Positions 39,107 through 49,000 of a DNA stretch of 64,000 nucleotides are shown here, piece after piece. This stretch comes from Balanoglossus misakiensis (lineage: Eukaryota > Animalia > Hemichordata). Each line of letters starts with the position of its first letter. Position 1 is the stretch's first letter. The position numbers and the translations under genes were made by a program. The stretch spans positions 4,221,837 through 4,285,836 of the forward strand of contig CM082598.2 in NCBI GenBank assembly GCA_040954595.2. Reading direction: 5' to 3'. Below the pieces are notes generated by a model. The model was not told where the DNA came from and searched no databases. It worked only from the letters and a program-made list of their open reading frames with translations.

Positions 39107-40519
39107 CTACCACATTATACCTGGAGTTGTGAACTGAGAATAGAAACAAAAATTAGAAGTCAGGTCTTTGGCTTGGCACATGCGCAGAAGATAATTATTT
39201 TTAAATTCGTTCTCTTATATTGAATTAAACCGAATAGAATCTAATCGAATTGATTTGAATTGAATTGAATTAAAGTGACTTGAATCGAATCGAACTGAAT
39301 TGAATCGAATTGGTTTGATTTGATTTGCTTTGAAATGAATTTAAGTGACTTTGAATTGAAACTAGTATAACAATTGACCCCCTGTAAAGCATGCAGGTAA
39401 CGATGCAAAATTTACTTTCTCACCAAACAGTCGCAATTATATTTTACCCGCAAATCTGACATCTGAGATACTAACCTCGCCTGCTGGTGGTGGGTTGATC
39501 AGAAACTCGATAAGTTCTCCCCAATCCTTCTTGGTCCAGGTGGGGTTCCAGTCGGCAACTTGTACACCGTTGACTTTGAACCATGGTGATCCGTATACAC
39601 CAGCTGTTATAGGAATGAAACACAAGTTAGACAATCGCTCTGTAGACTGATATTTCAACCGTGAGTAAAAAAATATGCTTCTTGACAAAGATCTGAGACG
39701 GGGCCGTGGACAGAAAGGAGACAAGCAAAAGACAGTTTCGACCAATTTATAGACAGGAAAGATAAAAATGGCCACCTCTACATAAACGAGCAATCGAGCA
39801 TACTGGGAGGAACATATGATATTATTTCGATCATTTCATTAACTCACATGCAATATGTGCCTTCCATTGCTGTTTGCAGTGGTTGGTGGTGTGTGGGTTG
39901 GCGAACTGGACGTAGAATCGGTCACGGTCAACTCCCAATTCAACAGCCAGATCGGTCAACAATTCCATCAATTCCAGATCAGTGATGGTGCATGGGGCAC
40001 GGCCAATTCTGTATTGGTTCATCATGACACTCTGCATAAATTCGGTGACCTTTTCGGGGTTCAAGTTGCTGACCACACGGGTACCCTTTGGAGAGAAATT
40101 AAAAAAGGCAATTAGAATAGCAACATTGGTGGATGACATTTGTTGGAATGGACAACTGTGGTGAAAAAAATCGTGGAATACAAAGACTATGGGCTAACCA
40201 AGAATTTGTGGAGTGTTTACTAATAACACCTTCTTACCTTGCAAGAAAGGAAATCTCCAGTGAAGTATGGCAGTGGGAAGACATGGAATTTCAGTTGGAC
40301 GACGTCTTTGCCGTACTTGTCCACGGCAGCCCTGAGGGCTGGCACGGCGTTAGCTGCGTCCTCACACTGCAGTCCCATGTACATCTCGATCTTAACTGTA
40401 GCGTCCACGCTGCCGTTGTTGTAGACGTAACCGAAGCTTTGTCTGGGGTTGTGGATCTGGTAGAAGTTGCTGGCGGCGACGGTGGCCACGAGGACCGCGA
40501 AAAGACAAAACTTCAGCAT
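39107..40519 (-). CDS. Secreted DsbA/thioredoxin-fold protein, copy A; 4 exons, ~224 aa
   Basis: Exons 40238-40519, 39848-40085, 39476-39603, 39107-39133; signal peptide MLKFCLFAVLVATVAA; IEMYMGLQCEDA; FPLPYF; cis-Pro loop GVYGSPWFKVNG. Confidence 0.85.
39230..39360. repeat. Degenerate (GAATT/GAATC)n pentanucleotide repeat
   Basis: Direct inspection. Confidence 0.75.
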
Positions 40520-41852
40520 TGTGCGAGGCTCGGCTCAATTAGTGACCAGTGAGAGCTCTTGCAGGTATGTGACTATCACCAGTGGAACCGACGTTTATGT
40601 ATCTTGTCTGCCTTGCATAAATTAGAATTTATTATCGAATCCCGCCCAGGGAGGCGGATGCAAGATGTTAAGGTGTCAATGGACAAGCAGATGCTGTGCC
40701 TAAAATATAAAATTATTGTGGTAATTCGGGCCATCTTATAATTAGCATCACCAGAAGGGTCGCTGGTTGATGTCTCTGACAACTTCGCTTTGACCATATG
40801 GAGGCATCATTTACATATGCATGGATGTTAAAGACCCATGTCCGTCTTATGCGCATATATTGTCTGTTGTTATGACAGCACACTGCCTTATGGCATTGAC
40901 TGTATGTTATTTTTGAGTCTCTGGTTTGGCACATGCGCACAAGACGATCCACCATTTAATGTTAGCAAGGCAAAGACGCATTATTTTGCGTTTCGAGAAA
41001 TATGTGAGGTTAGAGATTCCATAGAAAGTATTTTATTTTCACAAACTGCACAAGTCCATGGTCCGATCGCGAAAATCCAATGAAGTATTCCGAGTTTCAA
41101 CATTTAAACAGAAAAAAGAAAGCCTCATATAAAATTACAACAGAAAATCGTCAACTTAAATGGACGCTGTGTTCCTTGCTGTCCATTCATCGAAAAAAAT
41201 GACAATCATACAAACAGCTAAATGCTCTTATTCTGTCGATAGTTGGGAAAGATAATATAATGACGCGCAGAATGGTTGAAAAATCCCAACACTTCGGCAA
41301 AATTTATTAACTTGTGTCTATTTTGTATTTTCCGCTCATATTCAAGACCTGTTTTGAACTGTTTACAACGTTATGAAATAAGGAACCACTATAACTCATG
41401 CTTCTACAGCCACTCAAAAATTGTCCGTACCACATCATACTACAAATCGTTACTTGAGCAACATTTGCATTTGTTTTCGTTAAAATGTGTTTTCTAAAAA
41501 TATTTAAAGTCACGAGAGTATGGCCAGATCGCAAGTGACGTATGGTCCGCGATAAATAAAGCAGTTTCCCCAGATGTAGTTGACGGTGAATTAATTTGCC
41601 TCTAACTTCCGGCCAACCAGATGTTTCACAACTTTTAAATTAGTTTTCACATACAAACACATTGCGTTTATACCATACTGTCTTATTTTAAAGTCATCTC
41701 CGCCCATTTCTACTGTTCAAGGGGAGGGGTTCCTGTAATATATTATAATATATTCACGATAGCCGAGCTTTATAACGCATCGTGTTTTGCCAAGTTCGTC
41801 ACACACTGAACATTTTGTCAGTTGATCTGTACTGGTCTTAAGTCCGGACACC

Positions 41853-43192
41853 ATGTTGAAGTTTTGTCTTCTTGCGCTCGTCGTGGCGTCGGTCAGCGCC
41901 AGCAGTTTCTACCAGATCCATTACCCAAGAAGCCCCTGGGGTTACCGATACAAGGAAGGCAGCCAGAATGCTCCAATCAAGATCGATATGTTCTTCGGTC
42001 TGCAGTGCGAGGATGCAAGAGACTCCTATCCTATTATCAAGAATGTCGCCGATCACTATGGTCCAGGAGTTGTCGAGCTGAACTTCCATATTTTCCCTCT
42101 CCCATACTTTTCCGGAGATTTCCTTTCTTGCAAGGTGAGTTTGACTGTCAACAAAATTTACTTACTGACGAAATCTCGTCTGGTTTGCATAAATGTGCTT
42201 TCTGTTTTCAGTTTGAATTTATCTTCAAATTCTCTTCCCCTTTGAACTCAACTCGAACGAAAACTTGAAGGATGAGACGCAAATGGTTAAACTGTTTCTA
42301 TTCTGTATCTCTTTTCTGTCCAGGGTACCAGAGTTGTCAGCAACTTGAACCCCGAAAAGGTTGTTGACTTCATGGAAGTTGTCATGGCCAACCAATACAG
42401 AATCGGCCGCGCCCCATGCACCGTTAGTGATCTGGAATTGATGGAACTGTTGACCGATCTCGCTGTTGAATTGGGAGTTGACCGTGACCGATTCTACGTC
42501 CAGTTTGCCAACCCACACACCACCAACCACTGCAAACAGAAGTGGAAGTCCAGCATCGCAGGTAATGTACTGATTTCGTTGGTAATCATTTTTTCTGCGC
42601 TTGTCTGTTCATTTTCTTGCGTCCTTTGCTGTCTGTCCGTCTGCCTCCCTGCATGCATGTCCACCTGTCTGCCTATCTACCAGGCTGTCTGTCTATCTAC
42701 TGGTCTGTCTGTCTCTCCGGCAGCCTGCCTGCCTCTCTGTATGTCTATATGTCTGTCTCTCTGTCTGACTGCCTGTGAACTCCCAAATCACGGAAGTGGA
42801 AAGTAACCATTGATGAATAATTTTACAGATGGCGTCTACGGATCACCATGGTTCCTGGTTAACGGTGTAACAGTCCTCAACTGGCACAAATCCTGGACTG
42901 AGGAGAACTGGAAGACTCACATCGATTACCTGATCAACCCACCACCATCTGGAGAGGTATGTATCTGATAAAATACACGCGATCTCTAAATTAATATAAA
43001 TCAAAGATTTCATTTCTTTGTATCAAAATTAAGACAAAACATTGAATTCTGATCATCAAAAACAAAACAAAACACTAAAATCACGCTTATTATACAAATA
43101 TTGTTGTTGTTTTGGGGGTCTGTGAAGTTATAATTTGGACTATAATGTACATTTTTCTCTTTCAGTTCACAACCCCAGGCATTATGTGGTAA
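41853..43192 (+). CDS. Secreted DsbA/thioredoxin-fold protein, copy B; 4 exons, ~224 aa
   Basis: Exons 41853-42134, 42324-42561, 42829-42956, 43166-43192 (same lengths as copy A: 282/238/128/27); IDMFFGLQCEDA, GVYGSPWFLVNG, ends FTTPGIMW*. Confidence 0.85.
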
Positions 43193-44013
43193 ACCTGTGC
43201 TGTCCGTATGAAGATAAAAGTGGCGATAATCAGAGCGGGTTGCTAGGTTACAAGATCTGTGACACCATCTGCAGGAAAAATGTTTCACAAGCTTCCTAAA
43301 ATACAATACATCTTTTAGATTTAAAGTTTTGTCAATGTTTTGACAGTGGTCTGACGAGATTTGTTGTCGACATGAATAATACTCATTAATTAATTTTACT
43401 GGGTATCGTCACATTTTCACTGTAGTTTCCGTTTCATGATGACATTTTCCATAGGAAGCACGTCTTGGAGAAAAAATGTTACTGACAATAAAAAAAAAAC
43501 ATGACTTTTAAAAAATGACATGCCTTTGTTGTTGTTTCTTTACGATGTTGAATATCTACATAGAACATAGAATCATCCATAGTGAGGCGGCCAAATGGAT
43601 TTCTAATAACTGGTGACCTCCATATTTAAAAAAAAATGGCCGCCAAACCAGAACGAGGCTCCACCTCCATTGACATGGTGGGTAGTTATTTTACAGGAAT
43701 TATTGACATGAGACAAAAATAATATGCATATATATTATTCTGGGTATGGGTAAAATGTCAGTACCTTGGTCACTGCAACTCGACTATACTAAAATGACGA
43801 TGAAACATGTAGTGACTCTTGACAATGTGTGAGTTGTTGTCTAGTCACATCAAGAGACCGGTACTTGCTGGTCGAGACAAATCAATGGCTGTCCGAAAGC
43901 CTGACAGCGGCCATTTTGTTTTACATACCGTTTTAAGGTATTTCTTCAGATCCTCTTCCTGTAGCGCAGAGGAAGAAGCAGTGGAGTCTGGGTAACAGAG
44001 ACTGCGGTCTGGT

Positions 44014-45543
44014 TTAAGGTGTCCACTTCCTGCCAAGATGGCCGGAAACCTTTGAGTAAAGCTCTGCCAAAATAACTGCCCTCTTCTCCCGTTTCTCTTT
44101 CAACATTTGCGCCCTCATTTGCTGGGACGGTTTTTGCTCGCCACTTGTATCCATGACGCCCACTACGTCATCACCAAAACCTGTATTATCGTGGACGACA
44201 ATTTTCCTTTCGGACACACTGAACTGCTTCAAACTTTGACCTTTGATTTCGGCCACTGACAAAATGGTATCGTGGTGTATGGTGCCAGTGTGGACGATGC
44301 AGGAAAGAATCTTGCACTTCGCTGCCAGTTCCTTCAGTTCTTCATCAAGATCCGAGCATTCTGACAAGTCTTCGTAACTTTGGAGAGTGTCTTTATAGTT
44401 TTCAGCAAGCAGAGTCACACACTGTGGACTATTAAAGCAACAAGATCTCGTGAAGACCACTGACGTCAGAGGCATGTCTGGGTTCAAGATGGCGGTCAGG
44501 TCATCTTCCAGTTTTCCAGCCCTGACCAGGGCCGCCGCGTAAGTATCGTCTTGACTACGCAGAAATGTGAGCGACGCTTTCAATTCTGGATGGCTATCTC
44601 TCACAGCCTTCCAGGTGGCGCTCGCAATCTGACGCCTGTTGAACTCGCCTGGTTTATCTTCATCTTGGTACGCTACTAAAATGTCGAGTGTTCGTAGTTG
44701 TTTGCAACACCCTGCAATCGTTTCCAGAACACCGTCGATAGTGATGATGCGCATCTGCGTACGGAATGACGTCAGTGACCCCAACTTCTGGAAAGCTGCT
44801 GCAACCTCGGCGTCTGGTGGGAGAACCGGAATCTTTGCGACCATCGCGCCCCTTACCTCGGTGAAAACACCTAGTTCCTTCAAGGTGTAGAGGGTTTCAT
44901 TCTCTGGCAGCACGCCCAACACGGCGGAACACCCGTCCTCCCCTCTCTCATCGTGTTCATCACACGGCCAGGCCTGTAGGGTGAATTTGCGCAACTGCTG
45001 TTGCGATCGAACAAACCCTTTGATTTGCCCCAACGCTGGCTTCGACGCAGGGGTGTGCCGGAAGTGGTGCCTAAACTGTTTGGACGTGCTTACAGACAGC
45101 GTCAACGACCTCAGTTGTGTACAGTTACGGCACAGTGCCCCCATGACCTCCTTTTCGATGCCCTCAAACTCATTTGTGTTAGCAGTAGGGTCGTACAGAA
45201 CTTTCAAAGTCAGATCCCGAAAGTATCTCCCTTTGAGTTCGATTAAACTCTGCCTTCTGTTAGCAAGTCTAGGGGTAGTCCCAGTGGACGTCTCACGATC
45301 CTGGCGTTGATTAGCTTTGCCACCACCAGGCCGACATATTCTAACTGTACATATCGGCCATCTAGATCCGTATCCGACGCCTGCGGTTGCTAATACGATC
45401 TCTTCTGATGACCACAGAAAAGGATGATCCATTGTCTCGGCCCACGAACTGCAGACGAGCGCCGCTCTGGACCGATCTGTGAGATCCAATTCCTGGAATA
45501 TTCTGACCAAAGCTACATCTGGCAGCTCACTGAAGTCTCCCAT
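44014..45543 (-). CDS. F-box/LRR protein, FBXL3/FBXL21/FBXL8-like; single coding exon, 509 aa
   Basis: N-terminal F-box LPDVALVRIFQELDLTDRSRAALVCSSW; LRR-like repeats; LDEELKELAAKCKIL and terminal VSGHLGRKWTP resemble FBXL3 (LDEELIRIAERC; VSKHLGRVWFP). Confidence 0.85.
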   Translation of the reverse strand: MGDFSELPDVALVRIFQELDLTDRSRAALVCSSWAETMDHPFLWSSEEIVLATAGVGYGSRWPICTVRICRPGGGKANQRQDRETSTGTTPRLANRRQSLIELKGRYFRDLTLKVLYDPTANTNEFEGIEKEVMGALCRNCTQLRSLTLSVSTSKQFRHHFRHTPASKPALGQIKGFVRSQQQLRKFTLQAWPCDEHDERGEDGCSAVLGVLPENETLYTLKELGVFTEVRGAMVAKIPVLPPDAEVAAAFQKLGSLTSFRTQMRIITIDGVLETIAGCCKQLRTLDILVAYQDEDKPGEFNRRQIASATWKAVRDSHPELKASLTFLRSQDDTYAAALVRAGKLEDDLTAILNPDMPLTSVVFTRSCCFNSPQCVTLLAENYKDTLQSYEDLSECSDLDEELKELAAKCKILSCIVHTGTIHHDTILSVAEIKGQSLKQFSVSERKIVVHDNTGFGDDVVGVMDTSGEQKPSQQMRAQMLKEKREKRAVILAELYSKVSGHLGRKWTP

Positions 45544-46096
45544 AATGATCTGAATATCACGGAATGAAGGTTGATTTCAGCGGCGATGTGCCATTGTTCA
45601 GATTCTTCTCGGCTTCCCGGACCACTTCATGGCCTCGTTTTGGTCGTACGTTCTGTCCAATCACGGTCTCCCCGTCGTCCAATAAAAACTTTCCAGGGCG
45701 ACCGGGATCTGACACTCCCACATAGCTGTGACCTAAACAAGACACTTTCAGCCCTGGCATAACTACACGTAAAGCTGAGAATTAGTAGAGTTGTAAATCA
45801 CACTTAAATGCAGCCAACGCCTCTCACGCACACTGACGTCAAACGGCACCACATCAGTAGTCGTAAAACTCCGAGGTTGGGCACATTGTAGTGCAGACGA
45901 AAAGTATATAACTGATGATACCGCCAATTTTATCGTAGAATATTTTCTGTCAGTATTCTTGCTTCGGGCGATGTGGACAAGTGGAATACTGGGTATATTA
46001 GCATGATTAATTGCACTTGATACACAAAGCCAAAACCCCCAAAACAACTGGAAATAAGAGTAAAAAGTAACAGCAAATGCCTCTTTGAATTAGCAA

Positions 46097-49000
46097 CTAA
46101 AGTCGCGAGTAGCCTCCGAGTTCCCCGTGGATAATGGAATCGTCCATTGCACCTCTAAATGACTCGTAGTCATGGTGATGCGTCGGGATAATGATCTCCT
46201 TGAAGCACGTGCTAGCCATGGCCATCCCTGTCCCCTGTTGGAACTCCACAAGGATGTGTTTGTAGGACTTTGGCGGAAGCATGGAACAGCCTGTGGTGAA
46301 GAAGAGAACTCTCCCGAGAGTGACGGCGTTCTCACCCGCAACTGAAATATTAATGATATGCGTAATTAATTCGGGAGTTAATTCAATGTTGGGGGTCTGG
46401 GTCCCATCCATCCATCCATCAGCCAGCCAACCAGTCAACCAACCAATCAATCAACCAACCAACCAGTCAACCCACCAGCCAACCAACAAACCAATCAACC
46501 AACCAACCAGTCAACCAACCAGCCAACCAACCAATCAATCAACCAACCAACCAACCAACCAACCAACCAACCAACCAATTAATCAACCAACCAATCAATC
46601 AATCAATCAATCAATCCTTACTTTCATCCATTATTGTATCTACCCAAACACCTCAGCCATACTAGCATTCCCCTTCACACCTTGACCCTCCACAAATCCC
46701 TCCCTCCTTGCTTCCCTCCCTCCCTCCCTCCCTCCCTCCACTCATCCATCATCCACTACTCACCCTGCACTCCCTGCCTTTCTTCGCATTCGCGAAGATA
46801 CCTCAGGAAAAACTTCTTCGCCCTTTCCTTCTCCTCTGTGTTCGTGTGTCCAAATTTCAACAGAGGTGAAACCAAACAGAATCTGGGCACAGCGTCGGCT
46901 TCCTTTGGGAAGACCAAATCTGTCACTTTTTCGTTCTCCTGTAAGAGCTGTGATAAAAGAAAGTCTAGTTTCTTATTCGACGCTACTTATAGCCTATATT
47001 TCAGCAAAGAAATGAAATCTTAAATACAGTCAAACTTCTTTACGGTGGCCAGTCAACTTTGACAAACTTGCCGTTATAGAAATAAATAAAAAATAAATAA
47101 ATACAATTACCCTTATTAGAGAAAGACAATTGATCCCCGATCTGAACTGATCGAGTTCCTTTCGTCTTCTTCTAATGACGTTGTACAAAAGAATTTCTTG
47201 CACGACGATATCTCGGTTTCCTTTTGTAAGTTGTCTGTTGGCAAACCCCGCGTTGACCATCATGTCGACAACAGCTAAATCTGTGACGAAATTCTTGATG
47301 TCGTTCTCGGGACAGTCTATGATCTGTGGATTGGCAAGAATGAGAGTAAACACTCGCCCAAATTGAATAAATGGTAGAGAACGATTTCTCATTTTTGCGA
47401 GTTGTTTCACTCTCGTGTCTACAAACGTTATGGAAGGTAAGTGTGGTCGAACGTTGATTCACTATATATCCACATGTACTAATATAAACGAAGTCTTGTA
47501 TCAAACATAATTAATTGAAAAAGGGTAGCGAGAGAGAGACTTTGTCCCTTTAAAGTATGATAGGTCGATGGCCTAGATTTCACTGAACGCAGACATTTTG
47601 AAAATCTAAGCATACCTCTTGAAGTTTCTCACGGACATCTGTATCAGGTATATCGTCTAGAGAACAGATGACGAATTCTTGTCCGGTTGTGACGTAGTCC
47701 TTGACCGGCTGCGCGAGTCCAACGAGCCCTGGGCCTCCCCACAGAATCGAGTGCTGCACTATCCTCCCGCAGATGACGAACAGCTCCTTGTCCAACGCCA
47801 GCTGGTCGTGGATGGGCACCTTGTGGTCGTCGTCACCCTCGAACAGCAAGTGCACGTCGTCGGCCGTGTAGCCGCCCGCGATGCCGTGCACCAGCAGGGT
47901 AAAGAACTCGTGCGCCGGCCCGCCCATGTTCACCGTCTCCGGCGACTCGGAGAACCGCACGTCCGGCCGGAAGCGAAATCGGCGCTCGTCCTCGCCCTTC
48001 TGGGGCTTGTAGACGTCGACGCACTGGTCCAAAAGTGGCTCCTCGCGGTTTATTTCCACGTCGAATGCAAACACATCTCCGGTATCTCTGGTCTTTGCGA
48101 TGTATCTGTCAAGTATCTTCTTTTCTTTGTATCTGGCATCTGCCAAGATATGGGATTTATCAGTATTATTACACAATTGCACTTGGAAATACGAAAATAA
48201 AGCCAAAAGTTCACCCATCTTCCCTGCAAGTGGCTGCTCACGCGGAATCTGTCATACAAATTATGAGATAAGTATATACCAGTAAACTGTATTAACCTGT
48301 CATAATGTTCACTGAAACTTCACTATCGAAGACTTTCTCTCCTTGTGTTGGGTTGACAGAAACACTGTACACCACACCGGGTTCTAAATCTCCAATGTCA
48401 TAGTCCGTTGCATCGGCGGCTATGTTGACGCTGCCCACGTCTTCGCCGTCTGGTCCCCGCAACGAGATGAGGTAACCGTCGAACGTCCCGACAGCAGCGT
48501 CCCAACTGATCGTCAGGGACGTGTCTGTGACTTCGTCAGTTGTGATGACACCATCGATGTATGTCCCTAAAATGCAATTTACAGCAAAGATACTCTAAAA
48601 TGAAGGTATTGTACAGAAACTGTGCAAAAGCAAAGCAATTGGTACATACTAGGACAATGTACAAGTGTAATTGTACCATGGGAACTCTCCGAGTCTATTT
48701 AACGCTTGGCACGAAAATATCGCGTTTTAGTAAAAATAAATACCGTCTGATGTATGATCTTACGAGCATGCGTGATATGTAAACTATGGCGATAGATACT
48801 AGTATAGATCAGGTGATCATTATATTTACCCTCTGTTCCCCTGTCTTTTCCGCTTCCCTTTTTAGATTTGTGAGATAAGTTCTTCTCAGATGGCGTCTTG
48901 TCAGATTCTTCTTGGTAACCTTGAGGCAAGTCGCACAAAACAAAACAAAACAAAACAAAACTTGAGAATCTCTTCTGGGCATCACTGTATAATTTATGCG

